61,423 nt of DNA from an uncultured Rickettsiales bacterium (GCA_964624555.1 CAZUXB010000001.1:1-61423); one strand, 5' to 3'; positions 18,364 to 27,184 are shown, counted from the stretch's first letter. A program made the numbers and translations. Notes: generated from the letters alone by a model not told the origin.

Positions 18364-19420
18364 CCCCGGCTCCACAATCGGTATTTTAGGTGGTGGACAA
18401 CTCGGAAGAATGATGGCCATAGCCGCCGCCGAAATGGGCTATAATGTTCACATCTACTGCCCGGAAAAAGACTGCCCCGCCAGCGAAGTTGCCGCATTTA
18501 CCACTGTCGGTGCGTATGATGACGTGAAGGCTCTGGAGAAATTTGCCGGAAGCGTTGATGTCATAACCTACGAATTCGAGAACATACCTTCTGATCCTAT
18601 ATTTACCATAGCTAAGGTAAAAGATATTTTCCCATCCCCAGAAATATTGGCCGTGTCCCAGCACCGTATCCTCGAAAAACAGGCGGTGAACAAGATGGGC
18701 ATAGCGACTGCGCCATTTAAGGCTGTTTCATCACACGCCGAACTGCTTGCTGCCACTAAAACCCTAGGCTTTCCGTGCATCCTTAAAACCGCAACCATGG
18801 GCTATGATGGCAAGGGGCAATTTCTGCTGCGAGGACCCGAGGACTTTAGTACTCAAGTACTCGATTTCTCAAGTCCTCTAATTCTCGAAGGCTTCGTCAA
18901 TTTCAGCATGGAGATATCAGTCATAGTCGCGCGTGGCAGGAATGGCGATATCAAATGCTACACGCCAGTGCAGAATATCCACAAACACCATATTTTGAGC
19001 GAAACCATCGCCCCCGCGCCGATATCAGAAAAACTGGCAAATGAAGCGGAGAATATCGCAAAAAAAATCGCGCTGGAATTGGGGCTGGTCGGGTTGCTTG
19101 CGATTGAAATGTTCGTGACCAATGACGAAAAAATAATTGTGAATGAAATCGCACCGCGCCCACATAATTCCGGGCATTGGACAATAGACGCCTGCGTCAC
19201 CAGCCAGTTCGAACAAGTCATCCGCGCCGTATGTGGCCTCAAACTGGGAAATCCTGCCCGCCTTTGTGATGCGCGTATGCTGAACCTGATTGGTGATGAC
19301 ATAAATGACTGGGAAAAATACACCAAAACGGAAAACGCAAAATTACATCTCTACGGCAAAAAAGAAACAAAACCCGGCCGCAAGATGGGGCATGTCACAT
19401 TTTTAGGCAGTAGTGAATAG
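18356..19420 (+). CDS. purK: N5-CAIR synthetase PurK
   Basis: 354 aa ATP-grasp protein. Motifs [28 protein letters not shown]. Overlaps purE by 8 nt. Confidence 0.93.
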   Translation: MLSPGSTIGILGGGQLGRMMAIAAAEMGYNVHIYCPEKDCPASEVAAFTTVGAYDDVKALEKFAGSVDVITYEFENIPSDPIFTIAKVKDIFPSPEILAVSQHRILEKQAVNKMGIATAPFKAVSSHAELLAATKTLGFPCILKTATMGYDGKGQFLLRGPEDFSTQVLDFSSPLILEGFVNFSMEISVIVARGRNGDIKCYTPVQNIHKHHILSETIAPAPISEKLANEAENIAKKIALELGLVGLLAIEMFVTNDEKIIVNEIAPRPHNSGHWTIDACVTSQFEQVIRAVCGLKLGNPARLCDARMLNLIGDDINDWEKYTKTENAKLHLYGKKETKPGRKMGHVTFLGSSE

Positions 19421-19480
19421 GCATTAGGCCATAGTGATTTTATCTTTACCAATGCCTACTGCCCACTGCCTATTGCCTAA
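19403..19480. repeat. Short-period hairpin element between convergent purK and cobS
   Basis: Left arm TTAGGCA GTAGTGA ATAGGCA TTAGGCC ATAGTG. Reverse complement of the right arm is TTAGGCA ATAGGCA GTGGGCA GTAGGCA TTGG. About 21/30 positions match. The arms cover both stop codons. Confidence 0.8.
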
Positions 19481-20529
19481 ATCTCATTCAAATTCTTATT
19501 GAAACAACGCTGGTAATATTCGTTTATTATCGGGCGTTCGCTCTCATCGCATTTATTGTAGAAGGTCATAATGAATGAGCTGTGCACATCATCGAATATC
19601 ACCAGGTTTTCGGCCCAGTTGATAACGGTGCGTGGCGACATGACGGTGGAAAGGTCGCCAGCCATGAAGCCTTCGCGAGTGAGATTGGCCATCGCCACCA
19701 TGCTGCCTAAATATTCGCGCTGTTTCGGTGTCATGCCTTTAACGCGTGAATTGATAATTTTAAACTCAACATCCTTGGTCAGGTAATTGAGACTGGTCAC
19801 GATATTCCAGCGGTCCATCTGGCCCTGGTTTATCGGCTGGGTACCGTGATAGAGACCAGTGGAATCACCCAAACCGATAGTATTGGAAGTCGCAAAAATA
19901 CGGAAATAAGGGTGCGGGGTGATAACCTTGTTCTGGTCAAGCAGTGTGAGCTTGCCCTGCGCTTCAAGCACGCGCTGGATAACAAACATCACGTCCGCCC
20001 TGCCCGCATCGTACTCATCGAATACCAGCGCCATCGGCCGTCCCAGTGCCCACGGCAGGATGCCTTCCTGGAAATGGGTTATCTGCTTGTCGTCTTTAAG
20101 GCTTATCACATCGCGGCCGATAAGGTCGGTACGGCTGATATGGCTATCAAGGTTAATACGCACCAGCGGCCAGTTCAGACGCGCCGCCACCTGCTCGATA
20201 TGTGTCGATTTACCGGTACCGTGGAAACCCTGCACCAGCACGCGACGATTATGCACGAAACCGGCGAGAATCGCGCGCGTAGCATTAGGCTCGAAATAAT
20301 AATCGGGATCCATATCGGGAACATGCTCGGTCCTATGGGAAAATGCCGGTATCGCACCGTTCCACTTAACACCGAAAACCTTCTCGGCAGAAACTGTCTT
20401 GTCCGGGGTTTCCGCAGCAAATCGTTCAATCATCATCGTTTTTGTCATTGGTTTGGTACTGGTCATCTTACAATAGCTTATATTGGTTAAGGAAGCCTTG
20501 CAGGATACACATTTTTGCTCACTCTGCAA
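19477..20529 (-). CDS. cobS: CobS-like AAA+ ATPase
   Basis: Motifs VLVQGFHGTGKSTHIEQVAARLNWPLVRINLDSH...LVFDEYDAGR. The true start is probably the internal ATG near 20466 (MTSTKP...). Confidence 0.85.
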   Translation of the reverse strand: MQSEQKCVSCKASLTNISYCKMTSTKPMTKTMMIERFAAETPDKTVSAEKVFGVKWNGAIPAFSHRTEHVPDMDPDYYFEPNATRAILAGFVHNRRVLVQGFHGTGKSTHIEQVAARLNWPLVRINLDSHISRTDLIGRDVISLKDDKQITHFQEGILPWALGRPMALVFDEYDAGRADVMFVIQRVLEAQGKLTLLDQNKVITPHPYFRIFATSNTIGLGDSTGLYHGTQPINQGQMDRWNIVTSLNYLTKDVEFKIINSRVKGMTPKQREYLGSMVAMANLTREGFMAGDLSTVMSPRTVINWAENLVIFDDVHSSFIMTFYNKCDESERPIINEYYQRCFNKNLNEI

Positions 20530-20619
20530 TTAGAGAAGATGACAAGCATCAAAAAATGTTGTAAAATGCGCGTCCTTTGTTGTTTTTTGTTAATAAATTA
20601 CTGAAAGATAAAGATTATT

Positions 20620-21654
20620 ATGAGTTACAAAGTTGCCGTTGTCGGCGCTACCGGAAATGTCGGCCGCGCCATGCTTTCCATCCTCGCTGATCGCCGCTTC
20701 CCTGCGCGCGAAGTGGTTGCCCTTGCGTCTAAACGCTCGCTTGGCAAGGAAGTAAGCTACGGAGAAACCGAAATTTTGAAAGTCCAGGCGCTGGAAGATT
20801 ACGATTTCTCGGACACCGACATCGCCCTGTTCTCGCCCGGCTCTGCTGTATCAAAAATATATGCCCCTGTCGCCGCAGCGGCGGGTTGCGTGGTAATCGA
20901 CAATACCTCGTATTTCCGCATGGACCCGACCATCGCGCTGGTGATACCGGAAGTAAATGCTGACGCGCTTAAAGATTTCCGCAAAACCAATATCATTGCA
21001 AATCCTAACTGCTCGACCATGCAGATGCTGGTAGCACTGAAACCACTGCATGATGCAGCGACAATCAAGCGCATCGTGGTTGCGACCTATCAATCGGTGA
21101 GCGGCGCAGGCAAACCGGCGATGGATGAGCTGTTCGACCAGACCAAAGCCCTGTTCGTGAATGACAAGAAAGAGGCTTCGGTGTTCACCAAACCTATTGC
21201 GTTCAACGTGATCCCGCATATCGATTCATTCATTGATAACGGCTCGACCAAAGAAGAGCAGAAAATGGTGAATGAAACCAAAAAAATTCTCGACCCGAAT
21301 ATCGAGGTGATCGCCACCTGCGTGCGCGTGCCGGTGTTTGTCGGCCACTCGGAAGCGGTTTATGTCGAGTTTGAAAAAGCCATCAGCGTGGATGAAGCAC
21401 GCGGCCTGCTGGAAAATGCGCCTGGCGTGGTGGTGTATGACGAGCTGCGCGATGGCGGTTATTCCACGCCGCTGGAATGTGCCGGGGAAGACGCGGTGTT
21501 CGTGTCACGCCTACGTGCTGACCCGACGGTGAAACATGGTCTGGCTATGTGGATCGTGTCCGACAATTTGCGCAAAGGTGCGGCGCTGAATACCATTCAG
21601 ATCGCCGAAGAACTCATCGAGAATTATGGGCTGGCGCCGAAGAAGCTGAATTAG
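20620..21654 (+). CDS. asd: Aspartate-semialdehyde dehydrogenase
   Basis: 344 aa. Motifs VAVVGATGNVGR, IANPNCSTMQ, SVSGAG. Confidence 0.95.
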   Translation: MSYKVAVVGATGNVGRAMLSILADRRFPAREVVALASKRSLGKEVSYGETEILKVQALEDYDFSDTDIALFSPGSAVSKIYAPVAAAAGCVVIDNTSYFRMDPTIALVIPEVNADALKDFRKTNIIANPNCSTMQMLVALKPLHDAATIKRIVVATYQSVSGAGKPAMDELFDQTKALFVNDKKEASVFTKPIAFNVIPHIDSFIDNGSTKEEQKMVNETKKILDPNIEVIATCVRVPVFVGHSEAVYVEFEKAISVDEARGLLENAPGVVVYDELRDGGYSTPLECAGEDAVFVSRLRADPTVKHGLAMWIVSDNLRKGAALNTIQIAEELIENYGLAPKKLN

Positions 21655-21655
21655 T

Positions 21656-21745
21656 CACCCCTCCCTAACCCTCCCCACTACGTGGAGAGGGAACTCTTCT
21701 TAATCCTCTCTCCCGCTTGCGGGGGAGAGTTAGAGAGGGGGATTA
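21656..21745. repeat. CCCTCCC/GGGAGGG-type composite palindromic element
   Basis: CCCCTCCCTAACCCTCCCC-ACTACGT-GGAGAGGGAA ... CTCTCTCCCGCTTGCGGGGGAGAGTTAGAGAGGGGGATTA. Same family as 45950-46084 and the queG internal segment. Confidence 0.8.
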
Positions 21746-21799
21746 TCTATCTATTTCTCCAAACACTACGTCCATGGTGCCGATGATGGCAAGCACACA
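21743..21799 (-). pseudogene. Ghost copy of the nuoD 3' end (last ~17 codons plus stop)
   Basis: Minus-strand reading gives ..[16 protein letters not shown], matching the live nuoD end [16 protein letters not shown] (22957-23004). An in-frame stop lies just upstream, so it is not part of a gene. Confidence 0.85.
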
Positions 21800-21842
21800 T
21801 ATTTACTGATTTTTCATATTTATCCGCCATAATGAGCACATT

Positions 21843-22880
21843 ATGATAAAAATGAGGAACATCCAATTGGATAAACTTGCCCCCCCGTCAACTTTAGGTT
21901 GCAGTGCCAAGGGCGTCATTGCGAGGCGTAGCCGAAGCAATCCATTACCAGAATGCGGCAGCACCTGGATTGCTTCACCTGCGGTTCGCAATGACGGAAG
22001 CAATGGTTTTACACTCATAGAGTTAAGTATAGTGCTGGTTATCATCGGCCTGATAGTGGGTGGCGTACTGGTTGGCAGGGATCTCATAGCCAGCTCATCT
22101 CTTAGAGCACAAATTGGACAGCTTGAAAAATACACAACTGCCATAATGGCTTTTCAATCTAAGTATAATGGCTTACCCGGAGATATCAAAAATGCTACTG
22201 ATTTTGGCTTTAAAAATAGAGGGACAAGCCGTGGTCAGGGTGACGGAAATGGTATTTTGGAAGGCGATAGCACAGCAGGTTTTGGCAACACTGGCTATGC
22301 ACAATTTATAGGCCTGACATCTGAAAATGTACTTGTATGGACTGATCTTTCAGATGCTAAGTTAATAGATGGAGCTTTCTCTAACCCGACAAATGTTTAC
22401 ACCACAATGCCTGGAACCTATCTCCCGACGGCAAAAATAGGCAACAATAATTTTATATACACTTTCAGTGGTGGTTATAATTCATCAGCACCCAATGGAT
22501 TAAATTACTTCGGGCTCGGCAGAATTAACTATATGGATAGTGGTGTTGATTTTACCGCAACGGCAGGTTTAAGTGTATATCAAGCTTCATATCTTGATGA
22601 AAAAATAGATGATGGGCTTCCACAATCAGGAAAAACCATGGCTTTTCATGTTGTACTGGGTTCACCTAAATGGGCTAATGGCAGCAAAACAATCGTAGGC
22701 CCGATGACATGGCAAAGCACATCCGGTGCAAATAATGCCGCAGATAATGGCCCCACAACTACCGCTACCCCATCCTCAACTACAACATGCTATGATAATA
22801 ATAATGTGGTGGCTAACCAACAATATTCAAAAACCGCTGGTCTTAATTTGATAAACTGCGCATTATCATTTAGATTCTGA
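21843..22880 (+). CDS. Prepilin-type N-terminal cleavage/methylation domain protein (pseudopilin or type IV pilin-like)
   Basis: Motif G-FTLIELSIVLVIIGLIVGGVL (Gly-1, Phe+1, Glu+5) at residues 54-76. Only the far-upstream ATG is in frame, giving an unusually long leader. The start is uncertain. Confidence 0.7.
   Translation: MIKMRNIQLDKLAPPSTLGCSAKGVIARRSRSNPLPECGSTWIASPAVRNDGSNGFTLIELSIVLVIIGLIVGGVLVGRDLIASSSLRAQIGQLEKYTTAIMAFQSKYNGLPGDIKNATDFGFKNRGTSRGQGDGNGILEGDSTAGFGNTGYAQFIGLTSENVLVWTDLSDAKLIDGAFSNPTNVYTTMPGTYLPTAKIGNNNFIYTFSGGYNSSAPNGLNYFGLGRINYMDSGVDFTATAGLSVYQASYLDEKIDDGLPQSGKTMAFHVVLGSPKWANGSKTIVGPMTWQSTSGANNAADNGPTTTATPSSTTTCYDNNNVVANQQYSKTAGLNLINCALSFRF
21914..21996. repeat. Palindromic element (CGTCATTGCGA...GAAGCAATCC / GGATTGCTTC...TCGCAATGACG) within the prepilin leader region
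   Basis: 30-nt arms match at the outer 11 and inner 10 positions around a 23-nt centre. Read through in frame as VIARRSRSNPLPECGSTWIASPAVRNDG. Confidence 0.8.
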
Positions 22881-22928
22881 TAACAATTCTGATGATGGCT
22901 CTACTTACATAGGCGAAACGATAAAGTT

Positions 22929-22953
22929 CCTGTTCAGCCTTACGGCTCACAGG
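22929..22953. terminator. Possible hairpin terminator between the convergent prepilin gene and nuoD
   Basis: CCTGTTCAGCC-TTAC-GGCTCACAGG followed by ATTTTA. The T-tract is weak. Confidence 0.3.
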
Positions 22954-22956
22954 ATT

Positions 22957-24141
22957 TTACCTATCAATCTCCCCAAACACCACGTCCATGGTGCCGATGA
23001 TGGCGACCACATCGGCAAGCATGTGGCCTTTGCTCATCATTTCCAGTGCCTGTAAGTGCGCGAAGCCGGGAGCTTTTATCTTGCAGCGGTAGGGTTTGTT
23101 GGTGCCGTCAGCCACTAAGTACACACCGAACTCGCCTTTCGGCGCTTCCACGGCAGTGTAGGTTTCGCCGACCGGCACGTGGTAGCCTTCGCTGTAGAGT
23201 TTGAAATGGTGGATGAGCGCTTCCATCGATTGCTTCATGAGGGCGCGTTTCGGCGGCGCGATCTTCGGGTCGCCGGTAACCACCGGCCCTTCCGGCATCT
23301 GCTCCACGCACTGGCGGATTATTTTCATGGACTGGCGCATTTCTTCCATGCGCACGAGGTAGCGGTCATAACAGTCGCCATTCTTGCCGATGGGTATGTC
23401 GAAATCTAGCTTATCATAGCAATCATAAGGCTGGGCCTTGCGCAAATCCCACGCTATGCCGGAACCACGCAGCATTGCGCCGGAAAAACCCCAATCCTGC
23501 GCCTGTTTGGCGGTAACCACGCCGATATCCACGAGGCGCTGTTTGAAGATGCGGTTCTCGGACAGGAGGTCGTCCACGTCATCGACATATTTCTTAAAAC
23601 CATCGACAAATTTGAGCACGTCTTCATTGAGGCCGCGCGGTATATCCTGATGCACCCCACCCGGGCGGATGTACGCCGAGTGGAAGCGCGCGCCCGATGC
23701 GCGCTCATAAAATTCGATGATCTTTTCGCGCTCTTCAAAGAGCCATAATAGCGGTGTCATTGCCCCAATATCAAGAGCTTGCGTGGTGATGTTAAGAATA
23801 TGGTTTAAGAGCCGGGTGAGCTCGCAGAACATCACGCGGATGTATTGGGCACGCAGAGGCACCTCGCAACCAAGCAGCTTTTCCACCGCCAGCGAGTAGC
23901 AATGTTCCTGCGCCATGGGGGACACGTAATCAAGCCGGTCGAAATAGGGCAGCGCCTGCAAATAGGTCTTATGTTCTATTAACTTTTCGGTGCCGCGATG
24001 GAGCAGGCCGACATGCGGGTCGGCGCGTTCGATCACCTCCCCGTCCATCTCAAGCACAAGGCGAAGTACGCCATGCGCCGCAGGGTGCTGGGGGCCGAAG
24101 TTTAATGTTGTGGTGGTTTTTTGGTTTGCTTCTTGGGTCAT
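22957..24141 (-). CDS. nuoD: NADH-quinone oxidoreductase subunit D
   Basis: 394 aa. Motifs [15 protein letters not shown], and the C-terminal end ...DVVFGEIDR. Confidence 0.97.
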   Translation of the reverse strand: MTQEANQKTTTTLNFGPQHPAAHGVLRLVLEMDGEVIERADPHVGLLHRGTEKLIEHKTYLQALPYFDRLDYVSPMAQEHCYSLAVEKLLGCEVPLRAQYIRVMFCELTRLLNHILNITTQALDIGAMTPLLWLFEEREKIIEFYERASGARFHSAYIRPGGVHQDIPRGLNEDVLKFVDGFKKYVDDVDDLLSENRIFKQRLVDIGVVTAKQAQDWGFSGAMLRGSGIAWDLRKAQPYDCYDKLDFDIPIGKNGDCYDRYLVRMEEMRQSMKIIRQCVEQMPEGPVVTGDPKIAPPKRALMKQSMEALIHHFKLYSEGYHVPVGETYTAVEAPKGEFGVYLVADGTNKPYRCKIKAPGFAHLQALEMMSKGHMLADVVAIIGTMDVVFGEIDR

Positions 24142-24143
24142 AG

Positions 24144-24551
24144 TTAAACTGGTGTTAGTGTGGGTGTGAGTGTTGGTGTATAAGTATCTAATTTCTTCTC
24201 AAGGGCATTAAATAATCCGCCCAGCAGCCTTCCAATTTCATTACTTACGTCCATAATAGATAAATACGTCGCTTCGTCAATATAACCAAGTCGTTTTGCT
24301 ATAATAATTTGCGTCTCGACTTCAGCAAGTGAGCCTTGAGATATGCCTACAAAGCGCATGTACTCTTTAGTGGTGTGCCTTTTACTACCCTCTGCTATAT
24401 TGGAAGGGACAGATATAACTGCTCTACATAGCTGGTCTATCAGCCTGTATTGCTCTTTTTTAGGAAAGTTATCAGTAATTCTATAAATCATTTCTACCAA
24501 AACCATCGACTGCTGCCAAACTTTCAAATCCTGATAACTTTTTACCATCAC
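24144..24551 (-). CDS. Four-helix-bundle protein, 23S rRNA intervening-sequence protein family (Avd-like)
   Basis: Motifs [49 protein letters not shown]. The likely ATG start is at 24548. The C-terminal [11 protein letters not shown] tail is encoded by the repeat arm. Confidence 0.85.
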   Translation of the reverse strand: MMVKSYQDLKVWQQSMVLVEMIYRITDNFPKKEQYRLIDQLCRAVISVPSNIAEGSKRHTTKEYMRFVGISQGSLAEVETQIIIAKRLGYIDEATYLSIMDVSNEIGRLLGGLFNALEKKLDTYTPTLTPTLTPV

Positions 24552-24579
24552 TCACACCCCCACCAGCACTCACACTACC
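24151..24579. repeat. Inverted-repeat-bounded cassette carrying a four-helix-bundle gene (cassette 1)
   Basis: Left arm 24151-24180 is G/T-only, built of about 6-nt units. Right arm 24549-24579 is CACTCA CACCCC CACCAG CACTCA CACTAC C. Positions 24165-24179 pair with 24561-24575 at 14/15. Confidence 0.8.
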
Positions 24580-25124
24580 TAAAGAAACCTATGCATTATA
24601 TAAACATCGACCAGACCCTCGCTGATATGGTCGAAGCCTTTAGGGATGGTACCTACGATCTTGAAACCAATGGATTTCCACAGATCGACCGCGACCTTGT
24701 TGATGCTCACCACAAAGTTAAACTGCATGGCGAGGTAGCCTTTGGAGCGGGCGAAATCAAGCGCGGCATGGCCGAGCGCGCGGGCGATGCCCATGCGCCG
24801 GCAATCAGGATGCACAAGGAAGGAGGCATTGGCGACATGGTGACCACGGCCAGTGCGGTTCGGGCGAACAGCAGCTATCCCTGCCACTTTCCCGTCAATA
24901 TCCGCAACCAGACAATGGGTTCCAGGCGCCGTCATCAGGTAGGCCATCGAACGGTCCGGAGTCATTTCCTCCAGCGTGTAGGAATAGGTTTTGCCTTCGA
25001 TAAGGACATTGCGGAAAATATCGTATATCTCCTCGAAATCCTCCAGACGCGCCGGACGTATGTTGTAAGATGGGTGCGGTTTGGAATTGGGATTCTGGAT
25101 AAAGAATTTGGCAAGCTTCATCAT
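24579..25124 (-). CDS. GNAT-family N-acetyltransferase
   Basis: 181 aa. Acetyl-CoA site motif RRMGIARALGHAALDFARSKGY. Block NFVVSINKVAVDLWKSIGFKIVGTIP resembles phosphinothricin/MSX-type GNATs. Confidence 0.8.
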   Translation of the reverse strand: MMKLAKFFIQNPNSKPHPSYNIRPARLEDFEEIYDIFRNVLIEGKTYSYTLEEMTPDRSMAYLMTAPGTHCLVADIDGKVAGIAAVRPNRTGRGHHVANASFLVHPDCRRMGIARALGHAALDFARSKGYLAMQFNFVVSINKVAVDLWKSIGFKIVGTIPKGFDHISEGLVDVYIMHRFL

Positions 25125-25697
25125 TTAACTGGCCTTCTCATCACCGGGCAGATGGGTCATGCCTTCCCACGGGCTCATATAATCAAAACTGCGGTAAGCC
25201 TGGTTGAGCTTTACCGGCTCATAGACCACGCGCTTCTGCTCCACGTCATAGCGCATTTCGACGTAACCGGTAAGTGGGAAATCCTTGCGCTGCGGATGGC
25301 CTTCAAAACCGTAATCGGTAAGGATACGGCGCAAATCGGGATGCTCGGAAAATAAGATGCCGTACATGTCCCACGCCTCGCGCTCATACCAACCAGCCGA
25401 AGAAAATATACCAACCACCGAAGGTATTGGGGTTTTCTCATCGGTGCAAACACGTACCCGCACACGCATATTCTGTCTTAAACTAAGAAGTAAATAAACT
25501 GCTTCAAACCTTTGTTCTCGCTCAGGAAAATCAACTCCGGCAATGTCGACAAGCTGGGTGAACTGAGTATCCTGCGAATCGCGCAAAGCAGTAAGCAAAG
25601 GCAACAGTTTGTCACCTTTCACGTTTATCACCTGCTCGTCCCGGATGGTCTCGACAGTAGCGCCAAAACCTTCCAGCCATTTATCTTCAAATATCAT
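25125..25697 (-). CDS. nuoC: NADH-quinone oxidoreductase subunit C
   Basis: 190 aa. Motifs [40 protein letters not shown]. Confidence 0.93.
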   Translation of the reverse strand: MIFEDKWLEGFGATVETIRDEQVINVKGDKLLPLLTALRDSQDTQFTQLVDIAGVDFPEREQRFEAVYLLLSLRQNMRVRVRVCTDEKTPIPSVVGIFSSAGWYEREAWDMYGILFSEHPDLRRILTDYGFEGHPQRKDFPLTGYVEMRYDVEQKRVVYEPVKLNQAYRSFDYMSPWEGMTHLPGDEKAS

Positions 25698-25703
25698 ATA
25701 ACC

Positions 25704-26294
25704 TCACATCTTTTTTAATTGCCACCGCCCGTTCTCGCTTCCGGGAGTGATGAATTCATACAAACCGCAATTGGCGATCTTTTCCTTGTCTGTGCCTTTA
25801 GCAGAGGCCAGTTCCAGCATCCGGCGGATATTGCCGCCGTGGGTGATGAACAGCGGAACCCCATCCCTAATTTCAAGGTGGTTTGCAATGGCCAGTACCG
25901 TGCGCATACGCAAACTTTCCTTCGATTCCTCACCTTCAATAACCCCACCCGAATTTAGTATCCTGCTCCTTTCAACATCTGCCATTCCTTCGGCCGCACC
26001 ATAAGCCCGCTCGTTGATACCGCTTTCTACAAAATGCGGCAAATCACGCAGCGAACTACAGTCGCATATCAGCTTCGCCGTCTCGATGGTTCTGCGCATT
26101 TCGCTGGTAACCACGTAGGAGATGGCTGGCATTATACCAGCCAGCACGGGCTGCATCAACTGCGCCTGCCTTCTGCCCTCAGTGGTAAGCATGGTATCGC
26201 TCCCTTTACCGCTGACCACCTTGTTTTTATTATCCTCAGTTTCCGCGTGGCGCAGCATGTAAAAATTACGCCCGTGAGGAAATGTAAGGCTCAT
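25704..26294 (-). CDS. Histidine phosphatase superfamily protein (phosphoglycerate-mutase-like)
   Basis: 196 aa. Catalytic RHAET motif near the N-terminus and ITHGG near the C-terminus. Its ATG overlaps the nuoB TGA (ATGA). Confidence 0.8.
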   Translation of the reverse strand: MSLTFPHGRNFYMLRHAETEDNKNKVVSGKGSDTMLTTEGRRQAQLMQPVLAGIMPAISYVVTSEMRRTIETAKLICDCSSLRDLPHFVESGINERAYGAAEGMADVERSRILNSGGVIEGEESKESLRMRTVLAIANHLEIRDGVPLFITHGGNIRRMLELASAKGTDKEKIANCGLYEFITPGSENGRWQLKKM

Positions 26295-26833
26295 CTGATT
26301 ATCGTCCCGGTACGGCGGATCTTCTTCTGCAATTGCAGGATGCCATACATCAGCGCCTCAGCAGTTGGCGGGCAGCCGGGAACATAGATATCAACGGGGA
26401 CGATGCGGTCACAACCGCGCACCACCGAATAGGAATAATGGTAATAACCACCGCCATTGGCGCAGCTTCCCATCGAGATCACGTAGCGCGGTTCGGCCAT
26501 CTGGTCATAAACTTTGCGCAGCGCTGGTGCCATTTTGTTGCACAGCGTTCCAGCGACAATCATCACGTCGGCCTGGCGCGGGCTGGGGCGGAATACCACA
26601 CCCAGATGGTCCATGTCATAACGCGAAGCGGCGGCCTGCATCATCTCTACCGCGCAGCAGGCCAGGCCGAAAGTCATCGGCCACAAGCTGCCAGCACGCG
26701 CCCAGTTAGCCAGAGCATCAAACTTGGTAACGACAAAGCCTTTGTCGCTGTATTCTTCCATCACGTCCTTCAGCAAGGCATCCTGATCGGTAGATTTCAA
26801 TGCTACTCCCATTCCAGAGCTCCTTTTTTCCAC
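26291..26833 (-). CDS. nuoB: NADH-quinone oxidoreductase subunit B
   Basis: Motifs [25 protein letters not shown]. The true start is probably the internal ATG near 26812. Confidence 0.95.
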   Translation of the reverse strand: MEKRSSGMGVALKSTDQDALLKDVMEEYSDKGFVVTKFDALANWARAGSLWPMTFGLACCAVEMMQAAASRYDMDHLGVVFRPSPRQADVMIVAGTLCNKMAPALRKVYDQMAEPRYVISMGSCANGGGYYHYSYSVVRGCDRIVPVDIYVPGCPPTAEALMYGILQLQKKIRRTGTIIR

Positions 26834-27168
26834 TCATAGATAAAGCCGATGGTAAGCACGCCGAGGAAAACCATCATCGACCAGAAACCAGCTATGCCTA
26901 TCTGTTTGAGCGCGATGGCCCACGGGAATAAAAACGCTACTTCAAGGTCGAAGATGATGAACAATATCGCCACCAGGTAAAAGCGCACATCGAACTTGCC
27001 GCGCGCATCACCAAACGCTTCAAAGCCGCACTCATAGGGCGATACCTTCTCCACGTCAGGCTTCTGGCGGCCTATTACCATCGGCGCAAAAAGCATGATA
27101 AGCGCCAGCCCCACCGCGATGGCAATGAACACTAGAATAGGGAAATACTGGGTTACGACTGCGTCCAT
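26803..27168 (-). CDS. nuoA: NADH-quinone oxidoreductase subunit A
   Basis: 121 aa with three TM segments. Motifs YECGFE and [14 protein letters not shown]. Confidence 0.93.
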   Translation of the reverse strand: MDAVVTQYFPILVFIAIAVGLALIMLFAPMVIGRQKPDVEKVSPYECGFEAFGDARGKFDVRFYLVAILFIIFDLEVAFLFPWAIALKQIGIAGFWSMMVFLGVLTIGFIYEWKKGALEWE

Positions 27169-27184
27169 ATTTTTTCTTTATTTA

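Noticed and set aside
21803-22144. 113-aa minus-strand ORF across the prepilin leader.
   Set aside because: Its sequence is largely the reverse reading of the palindromic repeat element and of the prepilin hydrophobic segment. The plus-strand prepilin motif is unambiguous.
24144-24551. A diversity-generating retroelement, since Avd-like four-helix-bundle proteins accompany DGR reverse transcriptases.
   Set aside because: There is no reverse transcriptase ORF (no YxDD motif protein) and no template/variable repeat pair with adenine-specific differences anywhere in the window. The link remains only a family-level analogy.
24144-25124. GNAT plus small adjacent protein as a GNAT/RHH (TacT-TacA type) toxin-antitoxin pair.
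   Set aside because: The small protein is a four-helix-bundle family member, not an RHH/DUF1778 antitoxin, and it lies downstream. The GNAT resembles metabolite (MSX/phosphinothricin-type) acetyltransferases. Both genes are embedded in the nuo operon.
24450-25355. 301-aa plus-strand ORF spanning the four-helix-bundle start, the GNAT gene and the nuoC 3' end.
   Set aside because: It is antisense to three minus-strand ORFs that each carry clear family motifs (NIAEG, GNAT acetyl-CoA site, NuoC WYEREAWD). It has no recognisable motifs of its own and its composition is typical of a shadow ORF.
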